Positions 40,911 to 51,639 of a stretch of 64,000 bases of DNA are shown here, piece after piece (within the stretch, counting starts at the first letter, position 1; each line of letters opens with the position of its first letter). The position numbers were made by a program, and so were the translations under genes. The DNA comes from Candidatus Latescibacterota bacterium (GTDB taxonomy: Bacteria > Latescibacterota > UBA2968 > UBA8231): contig CBDAOB010000004.1 in assembly GCA_965197905.1 (NCBI GenBank), forward strand, positions 832,001-896,000, given 5' to 3'. The notes beneath the pieces were generated by a model. It was given only the letters and a program-made list of their open reading frames with translations, ran no database searches and was not told the origin of the DNA.

Positions 40911-42374
40911 TCAGTTGACGACCGCTTTGAAGCTGAACAGGTCCATATTGTCCAGGTGGAAGCGCAGTCGGATCTGCTGCCCTCGCAACGAGTCGATCTT
41001 CTTCGCGTCGCCGTTCCACGTCTGCCGTAGAGCCGTACTATCACTCGTTACAGGATCGGCGTCCGCGAGGGACAGGCCCGCTATCGGATCGAGCGCTTCC
41101 GTCAATACCTCACAGCGGAGCTCACCGGCGCCGCTGCCGCCGAGAACCGCCGCGTTGATACTCAATTCGCCGCCCGGCCACTCGATAGGTACGGTCGTCA
41201 GCGTGCCGGGGAATCGGTTCGCCCGCAGTGAACAGAATCCGTCCGCTCTGAGCTGTGCGAGTCCGAGTCCGCGCCCGAACGTGAGGTGTGCGCTACCATG
41301 CATCGCCTGGCCGCCCCAGTAGTAGAACCACAGCGTCGACACGGGGTGTTGATACCTGAGCCGCCTCTCGAGGTCGCCCGACGCTGCCGGCTTCGATGCG
41401 CCGCTCGTGCGGATCGGTGGGCTGAGCGCCGTATCGGTAACCGCACAGTCGAATGCACCGCCGGCACCACCTCCGGGAGCGGGCGGCAGAAAAGAGGTGC
41501 GTGGGCGCGGCCGTTTCCAGTCCTTCGCATCGCGACTGAAGAGCAATGCCATTTCCCCCCATGACTCGTTCACTTCCCAATACCATTGGAACAGTCCCAC
41601 CCAGACGCCTTCGTAGGGGAACGCGTGCGCGTGGTAAATCTGGCCCGCCGGATCGTCTTCGAGGTCCGGAATGAGCACCCTCGTCGGCTCGCCAGGTTCG
41701 GCCTCCGTAAGGTTGCACGCGAGTCTGTGGGCCGTTCGCGGTAGGTTCCAGCGCTGGATATCCTCTTTGCCCCGTCCGATGAGGAGATAGGGGTAGTCGG
41801 GATTTCCGCTGAAGGTTGCCGTTGTACGGTCGTGGAATCCGTGTTCGAATCCGTTTGGGCGCTCCTGCACCCAACGCCAGTGGACGCCATCAGGAGATTT
41901 CAGGAAATACCCCCTGTAGTGTTTGCTGTCGGGCGGCCAGCACAGGCTGATAAACATGGTCCACGGCTCGTCAGCGTCCGGCTCGTGAAGGATGGTCGGC
42001 GCTGTCGTGCGCCCTGCCGGGCCGAGATCCAGGACGATATTCGTCATCTCGCCGTTACGACCGCGATACACGTCCAGTTCGGGCCGACGCCAGTGTATGC
42101 CATCGTCGGACACGATCATACAAATGGCGAACTGTATTTCCGGATATTCCGGCGGCGAGAGCGTTACGTACCACGCTTTCCATAGCCCATCGGCCGGATC
42201 GATATACACGCCGCCAAGATAAACGATCCCATTGCCTTCCCATGGAGCCCCAACGGTATATACGGGATTGTCGAAATACTTGTGGGGCTGATGCATCACC
42301 CGCTGCAACCGAACCGATTGTTCGATTATAGCATCATCAAGGAATAGTTGAGAATTACGGAGGTCGAATTCCAT
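40911..42374 (-). CDS. Beta-propeller glycoside-hydrolase-like protein
   Basis: SQLFLDD, SDDGIHW, SPDGVHW, RADGFCSL. TAATG-coupled to the upstream GHL10-like gene. Confidence 0.7.
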   Translation of the reverse strand: MEFDLRNSQLFLDDAIIEQSVRLQRVMHQPHKYFDNPVYTVGAPWEGNGIVYLGGVYIDPADGLWKAWYVTLSPPEYPEIQFAICMIVSDDGIHWRRPELDVYRGRNGEMTNIVLDLGPAGRTTAPTILHEPDADEPWTMFISLCWPPDSKHYRGYFLKSPDGVHWRWVQERPNGFEHGFHDRTTATFSGNPDYPYLLIGRGKEDIQRWNLPRTAHRLACNLTEAEPGEPTRVLIPDLEDDPAGQIYHAHAFPYEGVWVGLFQWYWEVNESWGEMALLFSRDAKDWKRPRPRTSFLPPAPGGGAGGAFDCAVTDTALSPPIRTSGASKPAASGDLERRLRYQHPVSTLWFYYWGGQAMHGSAHLTFGRGLGLAQLRADGFCSLRANRFPGTLTTVPIEWPGGELSINAAVLGGSGAGELRCEVLTEALDPIAGLSLADADPVTSDSTALRQTWNGDAKKIDSLRGQQIRLRFHLDNMDLFSFKAVVN

Positions 42375-43972
42375 TACTGTCTCACATACAATAGCGCGCA
42401 ATCGAGCGCGATCGGTGTCCCTGTAGACTCAGCCCGCGTGTTCAGGCTGACTTCGAGCCTGTTTTCACCATTGACGACCCGGTCGGGCTGCACCTCGCAC
42501 TCCAGCCAGTGGCCGGCGGGCGCCGCGTCTAGAGTCTTCTGCGGCCGTAGACCATTCAATGCGACATCGTTGAATTTCACCGATATCTCATCGCTCGCAG
42601 CGAGCTCCCACAAGTGCAGGCGAAAGCGAAAGGGGCCCTTCCGCGAGCTCAGATCTTCGCCGACTTGAAAGTGCGCTTTGGCTGTCTCTCCGGGCTGCAG
42701 TTCCAGTTCACGAAGCCGCTCGAAGCTGCAGGCACCGCGGAAATCGTCGACGCCGAAGAGCTTGTCTTTGCCTGCCATCGTTTCGAGATCTCCGATCTCC
42801 ATCCACACCTCATCGTTGACAAAGGCGCCGTTGAAGACGTAGATGCCGTCGGCGCCGGCAGCGAGCAGATTGGTCGCGGCTCCGCGCCAGGCAGGCAGCA
42901 TGCCTTCCCACTCATTCATCTCGATCGTGAAGGACGAGCCGGTCTCCCTCAGGGATGCAGCCCAGGATTTGTACTCCCTGTACTCGCCGTCCGTGAGATC
43001 GAGGAACGTCCATGGATGCCAGAACCCCCAGCCGATGCAAGGATACACCGGCACATCATGGTCGTGTCCCAGTTTGATCATGGGGCCGAACGACTCGGTC
43101 ATGTGCGACTCGACGCCGCCGCCGGGTATCAGCAGGTCCAACAGATCCTCGGCCAGCCAGGTCTCCAGGTCCAGGCCGATGAAACGCGCGTCCGCCAGAT
43201 TGAACGGCGTGCGCGCCGCCACTAGCAGCGGTCGCCCTCGCTTGTGGCCGACTTCGTCGGCCAGCTTCCGCACCCGCCGCACCAGGGCCGTCATCATCTC
43301 CACGTGCTCCGCCTCGACTGGAAGCATGTCACGGGTCGGACGGAAAAAGGGATAGTGCCGGAAGAAGTCCATCTCTATCCCGTCGACGTCGTAGTTGCGC
43401 GCCACCTCGTCTATATTGGCAAAGACGTGGTCGCGGACCTCGGGAAAGCTGAAATCCATTCCCGACCAGACCTTCTTCGAACCGTCCTCCTTTTCCCAGT
43501 CTGCCGGCTCGCCCATGAGAAATTCCGGATGGTCGCGTTTGAAGGGCGCCAGACCATAGGTCCAGTAGGACGACCCGTCAGGGTGGGAATCGTGTACGTC
43601 GTTCATGCGCAATGACCAGAAGGCTTCCAGCTCGTTCTCGTGACAGAAATCCGTCTGAATCTGCAGACTGTCGCGTCCGTAGGTTTCGACCAGCTCCAGG
43701 GGAATCCCCTCGCCGTGGAACCCACCCAGCTTGGTATGGTGGGAGAAGCGAACACCGGCCATGCAGCTGCAATACCAGCTGCTGTCCACCTGCGTTCCGA
43801 GCAGCGTCCGGGCGCGGGCATCGAGAAAGTCATCGATCAGCTCGCCGCTCTCGCGCCCCGCCAGGCCTTGAGCGGAATCCTGCGGCGTCCTCGCCTGGAT
43901 TACGTCGTCGCCGTCGTTGTTGTAAATGATCCGCCGTCTGCACCACCGTGCGTCTCGTCTGGTCTGGTTCAT
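42374..43972 (-). CDS. GHL10-like TIM-barrel hydrolase
   Basis: IIYNNDGDD, SLRMNDVHD, YDVDGIEMDFFR, GADGIYVFN. Confidence 0.75.
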   Translation of the reverse strand: MNQTRRDARWCRRRIIYNNDGDDVIQARTPQDSAQGLAGRESGELIDDFLDARARTLLGTQVDSSWYCSCMAGVRFSHHTKLGGFHGEGIPLELVETYGRDSLQIQTDFCHENELEAFWSLRMNDVHDSHPDGSSYWTYGLAPFKRDHPEFLMGEPADWEKEDGSKKVWSGMDFSFPEVRDHVFANIDEVARNYDVDGIEMDFFRHYPFFRPTRDMLPVEAEHVEMMTALVRRVRKLADEVGHKRGRPLLVAARTPFNLADARFIGLDLETWLAEDLLDLLIPGGGVESHMTESFGPMIKLGHDHDVPVYPCIGWGFWHPWTFLDLTDGEYREYKSWAASLRETGSSFTIEMNEWEGMLPAWRGAATNLLAAGADGIYVFNGAFVNDEVWMEIGDLETMAGKDKLFGVDDFRGACSFERLRELELQPGETAKAHFQVGEDLSSRKGPFRFRLHLWELAASDEISVKFNDVALNGLRPQKTLDAAPAGHWLECEVQPDRVVNGENRLEVSLNTRAESTGTPIALDCALLYVRQ

Positions 43973-44053
43973 TGATTTCTGCCTCTGCTGGTTGATGTTC
44001 GCGTGGCGCTGTCAGGTGTCCGCTGCCAGCGATTGTTGTGTCGTTTCTGTCAA

Positions 44054-44830
44054 TTATGGTATCGTGAAATCCTTCTCGTAGGCTTTCAGGCAGTCTTCTT
44101 TCGACCCTTCAAACAGATATATTCTACCTCGGATCGTCTTCTTCTCGCCTCTAGCCAAAGGGCCAACTTTTACGGAAAGGTGCATGCACTTCAAGGGGTT
44201 GTGCCCTTGAGCGGACAGGAACGATTCCCACGCGATTCCCATCACATATCGTCCGTCATCGCTTTCTCTAATCATTATGCCGGCATAGGCATCGCGATCG
44301 GATGTGGGCCACTTCTCATCAAAAACAAAAATCCCGTCTTCCTTCTCTTTATTCCAGGACACAACCTCCGGGCGACATTCGTGGTTAAAGTGGATTTCAC
44401 GAGGAAATTCGCCCTTTATTAATTCCAACCCGTTCTTTCCTTGGAAGTATGTATGGACGTGCCCTTCATCCAGAAAAAGGGGGTTTCTCCCCAATGGGTT
44501 TCTTGTGGGACCGGGGGTGAAACAGGGAATAATTGCAGCAATGGCTGGCCATTCATGCTGCGTCTTATTAGTAATCTCCAGAGATAGTTCGGCACCATTC
44601 TTTGTCGCATTGATGTGCATCTTCAACCATTCAGCATCGATATGTGCGGTTGCTCTGTTTTCATCAACACGCCATTCCCAATCGCATGCCCCCTCCGTAT
44701 GCTCGCCCTTTGTTACAGCATCAAACAAATGCCATTCGTAAAAATAGAGGAAGGCGAATTGGTTTCTATCGGAACAAGATTCTAACCGGATACCTCTTTC
44801 CCATTCTGTAAGCTTCATTGTGTTGTTCAT
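44054..44830 (-). CDS. Hypothetical protein
   Basis: AT-richer 258-aa ORF; the longer ORF call includes an IS remnant upstream. Confidence 0.55.
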   Translation of the reverse strand: MNNTMKLTEWERGIRLESCSDRNQFAFLYFYEWHLFDAVTKGEHTEGACDWEWRVDENRATAHIDAEWLKMHINATKNGAELSLEITNKTQHEWPAIAAIIPCFTPGPTRNPLGRNPLFLDEGHVHTYFQGKNGLELIKGEFPREIHFNHECRPEVVSWNKEKEDGIFVFDEKWPTSDRDAYAGIMIRESDDGRYVMGIAWESFLSAQGHNPLKCMHLSVKVGPLARGEKKTIRGRIYLFEGSKEDCLKAYEKDFTIP

Positions 44831-44834
44831 AGGC

Positions 44835-44925
44835 CTCTGCGGGCGGGGCACGATGGCGGCGCGGTCGCTGTTGTTAGGCGCCAACACGCCGTGATAGCGG
44901 ATCAGGTTAAGCCGTGGAGCACCGC
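44835..44925 (-). mobile_element. IS91-family transposase remnant
   Basis: PRLNLIRYHGVLAPN...RAAIVP. Confidence 0.7.
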
Positions 44926-44998
44926 GCCAAGCGCCTCTCGATCGAGCCAGATTCCGGCTGGTTAGTAACGACAATGCCGTTTATGCTACCTATCCGTT

Positions 44999-46150
44999 TT
45001 ACCACAGCTCGCGAGAGGCCAAGCGCGCTCCTTCTGCCATCGCCGCCAATTTCGCCCACGCAATCCTGGGATCGATTTTGGGATCGGTCGTGGCGAAATG
45101 TGCGAACCCGCAGTCGGTACCGGCGATCACGTTCTCCCTGCCAACCAGTTTCGCGTACCGGACAATCCGCTGCTGCACGAGTTCGGGATGTTCGATGAAG
45201 TTGGTCGTCGAATCCAGCACTCCCGGAATAATCGTTTTTCCGTCGGGAAGTTTGATGCTCTCGAACAGCTTCCACTCGTGCCCGTGGCGGGGGTTGGCGG
45301 CCTCGAAAGAGAGGGCGGAGGGTCGGGCCCTGAACGCGAGATCGATGATGTCCGCAAACGGCGTATCGAGGTGATGCGGTCCCTCGTAGTTGCCCCAGCA
45401 CAGGTGCATTCGCAGCCGGTCCGTCGGGATATCGCGCAGCGCGTGGTTCAGCGCCTCCACATGGAGCTCCCGTATACGATTCAGGTCGTTGGAGCTGTAG
45501 TTCAGCCGCTCCCAGCCGCTCATGGTCAAGTCTGGACAGTCGACCTGCAGCACGAGGCCCGAACGAAAAATGGCGTCGTATTCGACCTTCATCGCATCTG
45601 CCAGCGCGTAGAGATATCCTTCCTCGCTGTCGTAGTACTGGTTCTTGCAAAAATGAGCCAACAGTCCAGGAGAAGCCGCAGTCATGAAGACTTCCTCTGG
45701 GCTGGCGTCGGTCAACGCTGCCTTCAAGTTGTCCAGGTCCTTTTGAAGAAGCGCGTGCTCCGTGTACTCAATGGGCCCGGTGCATACCGGCAGCCGTATG
45801 TCGCTGCTGACGATGGTGCGCCGCTCTCGCGCCAACCGCTGGGTGTATTCGGGGAAGTCTTCGACGACAATGGCCGGCCGGGGACGATCCCGATCCTCAA
45901 GACCGCTGAGGCGATCCTTGGCGTAGGTAGAGTAGGCTACCTTGCCCTGCTCGCCATCGTTGATCACGTCCACGCCGGCGGCGCATTGCCTGGTGACGAC
46001 CTCCTCTACCGACTGAGCGATGAGAGAATCCAGCGCAGACAAGTCAAGACGCTCTCCTGCTTCTTTTGCGCGCAATTGCTCAGCCAGGTTTGCAGACCGC
46101 GGCAGACTACCGGTGTGCGTGATGAGAATCCTGTCGGTGCTGCGTCTCAT
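44999..46150 (-). CDS. Cobalamin-independent methionine synthase II family (MetE C-terminal-like)
   Basis: THTGSLPR, INDGEQ, HLCWGN, GTDCGF. Confidence 0.85.
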   Translation of the reverse strand: MRRSTDRILITHTGSLPRSANLAEQLRAKEAGERLDLSALDSLIAQSVEEVVTRQCAAGVDVINDGEQGKVAYSTYAKDRLSGLEDRDRPRPAIVVEDFPEYTQRLARERRTIVSSDIRLPVCTGPIEYTEHALLQKDLDNLKAALTDASPEEVFMTAASPGLLAHFCKNQYYDSEEGYLYALADAMKVEYDAIFRSGLVLQVDCPDLTMSGWERLNYSSNDLNRIRELHVEALNHALRDIPTDRLRMHLCWGNYEGPHHLDTPFADIIDLAFRARPSALSFEAANPRHGHEWKLFESIKLPDGKTIIPGVLDSTTNFIEHPELVQQRIVRYAKLVGRENVIAGTDCGFAHFATTDPKIDPRIAWAKLAAMAEGARLASRELW

Positions 46151-46324
46151 ATTCGATGAAGCCGCTTGATATCTAGTATTTAGGTCGACACCCTCTGACA
46201 AGTAATGGCATAGGAATAATAGTTGCCAGCTTGCCGGCATCAAGATAGACACCTTTAAGTCGAAGCTCGCCGCGTGAAACGCATGACATGAGTGATTTCG
46301 AGCACCGCCAAGGCGAGTAACCCC

Positions 46325-46515
46325 ACAGCAGGCCAGTCATGATGCTGGCGCGCGCGGGACTGCATATAGGCTGGGCTACGTAGGCGTTCTGGAAGACGAA
46401 ACTCTCGTCCGCCAGGGCCGTTCATGGTCGGGGTGTGGATGCGCTCGTTGCCGTAGCAGCGCAACGTGTCGTAGCGCTGTTGGAAATGAAGAGGAGATTG
46501 GGCTTGGCCTTTTAC
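46325..46515 (-). pseudogene. Sulfatase N-terminal remnant
   Basis: PNLLFI...QQRYDTLRCYGN...TP...FQNAYVAQPICSPARASIMTGL (CxPxR motif), frameshifted. Confidence 0.7.
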
Positions 46516-46541
46516 TTAGCTCGGCCGAACTTCCCTCCACC

Positions 46542-47510
46542 CTAAACCCCAGTCGCCATCCAAACGACATTAGGCTTCTTTGATACCCCAAGCGCTAAGT
46601 CATCGTCGAAGTCGTCAGCATCTTGGTAGGTACCGAATAAGCGATCCCAGAAAGTAAAAAAGCCACCGAAGCTGGCATTATAGACACTGGGATGGTTGGC
46701 GTGATGCAGGCGGTGGAATCTGGGGGTGACCAGGACCCATTCGAGCCATTTCATTCTGAAGCGTATATTGGCGTGCATCCAATGATCGGCTAGGACGATG
46801 ACCGCGATAATGTAAATGATAATCCAGTTGGGCAGGAGGAACCACGCCATTAGGATGCTACTGAAATTTCGAATGACATTGTCAAGAAAGCTCGCACGCA
46901 CACCTGAGAACCAATACAGTTGCTCGATGCTGTGATGCCACACATGCATGCGCCAGCACAGGCGGGTGTGCAGCAGGCGATGTAACCAGTAGTAGATCAG
47001 ATCGCTTACGATGAATAACATCACAATTCGATAGACCAGTGAATAGTCGGCAATGTAGCTGTCGATTACAAAATGTTTTAATTCCGCCAAAAGTTCAAAG
47101 CTGCCGAGAACAGAGTAGGTAAACATCACAATTGGGACGACTAGTAAATCTTTAAATTTGCTCAGTAGGTGGACTGTGAAGAAGGCGACTAAATCGTTTT
47201 TAATGCAACCCTTGAAGTCTATTTTTTGGTAAGCGAAAAAGTACTCGGCAAAAGTGAATACTGAACCACTTATAAAGAATAACAGCAGAAAATAATTCCC
47301 GTGCCTGAGTACTCCTTCGATGGCGGCGAATAAGAGGTAGCCGACGATTAGTAACGAGGTGATGTACAGAGCGGCCTGGTACAAGTAATGTTGTTGAATC
47401 CTCTCGACAGGGGCCCTGAGCGCGCCAAACAGGGCCATACGCTCTGAAATACCTCGAATGAGAAAGAGCGCGAATAAAAGATAGAAAACATGGGTGCTGG
47501 TCATGTTCAT
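46542..47510 (-). CDS. Sterol desaturase/fatty acid hydroxylase family membrane protein
   Basis: His boxes HRLLH, HVWHHS, HAN, HRLHH; WDRLFGT. AT-rich. Confidence 0.85.
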   Translation of the reverse strand: MNMTSTHVFYLLFALFLIRGISERMALFGALRAPVERIQQHYLYQAALYITSLLIVGYLLFAAIEGVLRHGNYFLLLFFISGSVFTFAEYFFAYQKIDFKGCIKNDLVAFFTVHLLSKFKDLLVVPIVMFTYSVLGSFELLAELKHFVIDSYIADYSLVYRIVMLFIVSDLIYYWLHRLLHTRLCWRMHVWHHSIEQLYWFSGVRASFLDNVIRNFSSILMAWFLLPNWIIIYIIAVIVLADHWMHANIRFRMKWLEWVLVTPRFHRLHHANHPSVYNASFGGFFTFWDRLFGTYQDADDFDDDLALGVSKKPNVVWMATGV

Positions 47511-47546
47511 GAAACCTGCGGCCTATGGCGTTGGATCAGTCTGTAT

Positions 47547-48389
47547 TTATTTGTGCTGGTGGTCCAGTTCCAAAGGCATACCTGCGGTAATGTCGTTGTC
47601 CGTTCCGGCGGTGACCGGCCAGGCTTGGCCGCCCTCGAATACAAAGTCTTCCCTGCCGCACAGCCACAGGAACATACGTGCAACACGGACGGAGTCGTGC
47701 CATTTCTCGGGCATTGCGCGGCCTGTGCCGAATGGGATCTTGGTGAAATCGCACTGCGGATCGGCAACCCAGTCGCGCCTGGGTGTGACCGTGCGCCGGT
47801 AGGTGTATTTGAGCAGGTTGCGGATGCCGCTGGCCGTGGAGCTGCTGGCGCGATGCCACATCGAGCAGTGGGTGATAAAGATCGAGCCGGCCGGCGCCAC
47901 CGTCTGCACGGCCTGGCGAATGCTACCGTATTGGGTCATGTAGCGACGCTTGATACGCAGAAAGTGAGAGCTGGGCACGATCTCTGTAGGTCCCAGGCCC
48001 GCGGGCGTGTCCTGTGGATAATAGAACACAAACAGGCTGTCGAGCCGCGGTGAATCGATCGCCCCGCTGTCGCGGTGCCAGCCGCCGCTCGTAGCGCGCG
48101 GGCACTGGACGCGGTGGTTGCTCATGACCATGGGCGATATAAAGTCTTTGCCCAGGAGCGAGCGCACCGCCCCCGCTGCCTGCTGGTTCTTAGTGACGTG
48201 GTCGACGAACCACTCTTCATCCAGGATCTCCATCGGCTGTCCCTCCGGATTCCTGTCGAGGAATTCAGTCGTGCGGCGGTTGACCTCGTCGGGGACCACG
48301 GCCTCGAGCATCATGAAGCCATTCTTGCAGAATTCAATCACCTGCTGGTCGGTCAGTGTCGGTTCGCAATCGTATATCTCTCCTCGCAT
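47547..48389 (-). CDS. PhyH family dioxygenase
   Basis: WHRD, GPTEIVPSSH, AGS...MWHR. Confidence 0.8.
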   Translation of the reverse strand: MRGEIYDCEPTLTDQQVIEFCKNGFMMLEAVVPDEVNRRTTEFLDRNPEGQPMEILDEEWFVDHVTKNQQAAGAVRSLLGKDFISPMVMSNHRVQCPRATSGGWHRDSGAIDSPRLDSLFVFYYPQDTPAGLGPTEIVPSSHFLRIKRRYMTQYGSIRQAVQTVAPAGSIFITHCSMWHRASSSTASGIRNLLKYTYRRTVTPRRDWVADPQCDFTKIPFGTGRAMPEKWHDSVRVARMFLWLCGREDFVFEGGQAWPVTAGTDNDITAGMPLELDHQHK

Positions 48390-48678
48390 GATCTGTCCTT
48401 TCCGTGGATTTATTTCTCGCGGATAAATTCGCAGCCGAGCCCGTAAGCTCCGTGCCGCATCTGCTTACGGCGCCTGATAGTGGCAATGAAAACCGCCGAC
48501 GTAGAATAATTACGGTAAAGAATTTCGGCGGTCCCACCAAGAGCCGCGGCTAGAGATTGAAACTACAGAGGGTTCCAGACGCTATTTGCCAGATCTTGAC
48601 CCGAATCAAGCGCTTACATTATTGTTCTGTCTAGATCATCACTTTCCAAAGTAAAGCGATGGTGGAGGTGAGCTCATA

Positions 48679-51639
48679 ATGTGGCGATCGTTCCATAGAT
48701 ATTGGAGCTTCTTATTGCTGGTATGGGCCACGGCAGGCGCGGAGCAAGCGTCTCGTGTGGCGATTCCCGAAGTGGGGCAGCACCGGCCTTTTCTGCGCTA
48801 TGAGCGGCCATCCTACCGAAACTTTGCCTTTGATCACTTCACCAACTACGAGGATCACACCTGGGGCGTGCGGGAGGCCGGGATAGCAACCCGGCTAAAT
48901 TCGAGCGAGGTAGTACGGGCGCATGCCTTATGGAGCCCTATGGGGGATTACGTCACGACCGGGTACGATCTGTTCACCTGGATCGAGCGGCGCCAGCCGG
49001 AACAGCGCTGGGGCAGCGCGCTCTTCAAAGACTGGGCGAGTTGGTCGGATGAGTTCAACAATGTGGTGGTGGCGAGCGACGGCTACGGGGGCTGGGGCTA
49101 CAGCGCCATCGTCGGCGACGGCTTGATCGCCCGCCTCACGCCGCTGACCCTGTCGATGACGGATTTCAATGGCCTGCGGCTGGACGTGTCTCTGCCCCGC
49201 GTGAAGTTCACCGCTCTGGGCTCGCGCATTGCCCGGCCGAATAGAGAGTCGTACCTGAGCTCCGAAAATGCCGCAGAGTTCGAAGTCGACCATTCCACCT
49301 TACTTGCAGGCGCCCGCGCCCAGGCTGATCTAGGCGCGCTGCGCCTGGGTCTAAATGGAGTGAACCTGCACTCCTACAATAGCACGCAGGCGGGCAACAG
49401 TACGAAGGGCCGGCTACGGGCGGATCAGCCGCTGTACGAGTGGCTCATCGTGCGCATTTCCGATGACGCGCCCGCCGACGGGCGGGGTGGGGCCGTAGTC
49501 CAGGACGTGCGGCTCATCCTCAATGGCCAGGCGCGGCCCGATCTGCCGCCGCAGGTAATCCGGCAGCAGGCCGGCGCCTCATCCCAGGTAGGGCGCACGC
49601 TCTCATCGGGTGCCTTCGTTCCGGTCTTCTACAGCAGTATCGGCGGACCTCCCCAGTATTACCACGGGCAGGAGATCCCACTCTATGCGGACTATCTCTA
49701 CCGCCTGGCGCACGAAAGGGGTGAAGACGTGAGCAAGGATGCCCACGTGGAGGGATTGCTGGCGAATTTTGCGCCGGAAGACCCGGGGGGGGTCCTGCAC
49801 GCCGATAGGGAGGAGCAATTGGTCTACCTCTTCGATCTGGGGCAGGAACCCCACGTCGAGTCGGTGGAGGTGGAAGCGGTTTTGGGCAATGACTACCGGG
49901 TGGAGTGGGCCGGCTTGCGCCTGAGCAAGGGCGGCGCGACCGCTTCCAAAGTCGAGCAGCGGTTGCAAGGCACCTTCTACCGCACCGTCCTGCGCGCCCG
50001 GGGCAGCGTCGAGGATAGGTCGAATCTCAGGCGGGTGCGCTTCAAAGTGGGCGAAAACACGGCGATTTTCACCTACAGTGCGGACGTGCATCTGGCGCTG
50101 AAAGGCCTGGAGGTCAGCGGCGAGTATGCGCGTTCGGCGGTATATGGGCGCTATCCGGCCCACTTAGAGAGGCAATCCTTGATCGATGCAAGTCCACGCT
50201 TTGCGAATCGGGGCTCGGCCTACTTTGTCAATGCGGTCCGCTGGTTCGAGCGCGGCCAGATGGGGGCGGAGTACTTTTCCATGAACCCGGGCTTTACGAC
50301 CGAGATGCAGACCTATCTGCCCAAGGATTTCGGCTACTCATCGAGCCGCGGCTACAGCCCTTTTGCCGGGTTGGCCAAGGATACCGTCATCTGGCGGCTG
50401 GTGCAGGACAACGAGGACGGGGACCGCTGGAAGGATGTCATCCTGGGCAATGTCCTGGGCAGTCCATGGTCATATGATCGTCGCGCGGAGAGAGGTAATG
50501 ACGGGGATGGAATTTTCCCGGGGCAGGACGAAGACAAAGACGGGATTGTGGATACGGACCGCAACTTCAATGGCATCCCCGACTACGAAGAGCTCTTTCT
50601 GATGTACGAGGTGGAACCCCCTGAATACGTCTACGGCCTGGACCGCAACCACAACGACGAGCCCGACCATCGCGAGGACGATTGGTTCCCGGACCACCCC
50701 TACGATGCGGACCAGCGCGGCTACCACCTCTTCGGGCAGGTGGATCTGAGCCGGCACGGGTCGGTGGGGGTGGGACGCTACGCGGTCAAGGGACTGGCCA
50801 GCGGCGGGCGCAACCGCTCGACCTATGCCCTCTTGAACTACCGCCGGGAGGACGTCGCACGGGTCCGCCGGCTCTTCTTCGAGAACCACTTCCGCCGGGT
50901 AGAGGACGATATTCCTGACGAATTCAACGAATTCAGTAGAGCCATTGGGTTGGAGCGGGTGGAGCCAGTTGATACTCGGGGTAGTGGAGTAGTGCAAAAT
51001 GTTGTTTTCGACATCACCCGGCATCAGGATCTGTTGTTTTATCAGGACAGCTATGTCAACGAGACCTACCTGGAGGGGGCGTTCCGACCCTGGTCGACGC
51101 TGAATTTGGTGCAGAAGCTGCGCTCACGGATCAACTGGCAGCAGGGGGGGCGATTGGCCAATGACAGCTTCCAGCGCCAGCGCCGGCTGGACTTTTGGGC
51201 GGTGACCAGCCGAGTGGACTATACCTGGCAGTGGGGCAAGCTGCGCGTGGTGCCCCAATTCAAGTTTTTGCTCTTGCGCCTGCAGGACCGGGAGGCCGAC
51301 TTGGCCCTGCGCTCCGAGTACCGGATGATCCCGATCCTCAAACTGAGGTATCCGCTGATGAGCCGGACGACGCTGCAAGTGGGGGCACAGGGCTGGGGGC
51401 CGCTGCCCTATCGGCTCAAAGACCGGACCGAAAAGCGCAACAGTCTTGAGCAGCGCACCGCGGTTGTCTCGCTGACAAACCGCTCGCGCTATTTTGGTTA
51501 TGACATGTATACGATCATCGGCTTCAGTCGAGAAGAGCTGGACTTCGACGTGCGTTTTCAGCGCTTCAGAAACTTTGATAGGTGGACGCTTTTCGTGCGC
51601 AATCTGATCGGCTTTGGCGAATTTGGACGGTTGTTGTAG
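48679..51639 (+). CDS. Large secreted/outer-membrane protein of unknown function
   Basis: Signal peptide, DxDxDG-type Ca-binding-like repeats, beta-strand-rich C-terminus. Confidence 0.65.
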   Translation: MWRSFHRYWSFLLLVWATAGAEQASRVAIPEVGQHRPFLRYERPSYRNFAFDHFTNYEDHTWGVREAGIATRLNSSEVVRAHALWSPMGDYVTTGYDLFTWIERRQPEQRWGSALFKDWASWSDEFNNVVVASDGYGGWGYSAIVGDGLIARLTPLTLSMTDFNGLRLDVSLPRVKFTALGSRIARPNRESYLSSENAAEFEVDHSTLLAGARAQADLGALRLGLNGVNLHSYNSTQAGNSTKGRLRADQPLYEWLIVRISDDAPADGRGGAVVQDVRLILNGQARPDLPPQVIRQQAGASSQVGRTLSSGAFVPVFYSSIGGPPQYYHGQEIPLYADYLYRLAHERGEDVSKDAHVEGLLANFAPEDPGGVLHADREEQLVYLFDLGQEPHVESVEVEAVLGNDYRVEWAGLRLSKGGATASKVEQRLQGTFYRTVLRARGSVEDRSNLRRVRFKVGENTAIFTYSADVHLALKGLEVSGEYARSAVYGRYPAHLERQSLIDASPRFANRGSAYFVNAVRWFERGQMGAEYFSMNPGFTTEMQTYLPKDFGYSSSRGYSPFAGLAKDTVIWRLVQDNEDGDRWKDVILGNVLGSPWSYDRRAERGNDGDGIFPGQDEDKDGIVDTDRNFNGIPDYEELFLMYEVEPPEYVYGLDRNHNDEPDHREDDWFPDHPYDADQRGYHLFGQVDLSRHGSVGVGRYAVKGLASGGRNRSTYALLNYRREDVARVRRLFFENHFRRVEDDIPDEFNEFSRAIGLERVEPVDTRGSGVVQNVVFDITRHQDLLFYQDSYVNETYLEGAFRPWSTLNLVQKLRSRINWQQGGRLANDSFQRQRRLDFWAVTSRVDYTWQWGKLRVVPQFKFLLLRLQDREADLALRSEYRMIPILKLRYPLMSRTTLQVGAQGWGPLPYRLKDRTEKRNSLEQRTAVVSLTNRSRYFGYDMYTIIGFSREELDFDVRFQRFRNFDRWTLFVRNLIGFGEFGRLL

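Noticed and set aside
44054..44974. 306-aa ORF as a transposase fusion protein
   Set aside because: The N-terminal part is a short IS91 shard that happens to be in frame; the gene likely starts at 44830 or 44818.
44999..46150. Calling this gene metE
   Set aside because: It is a single-barrel methionine synthase II family member; the function is not certain enough for the symbol.
48440..48535. Two hairpins (CCGTAAGC/GCTTACGG; ACCGCCGA/TCGGCGGT) as a riboswitch or ncRNA
   Set aside because: No recognisable family motif; an Rfam scan would be needed.
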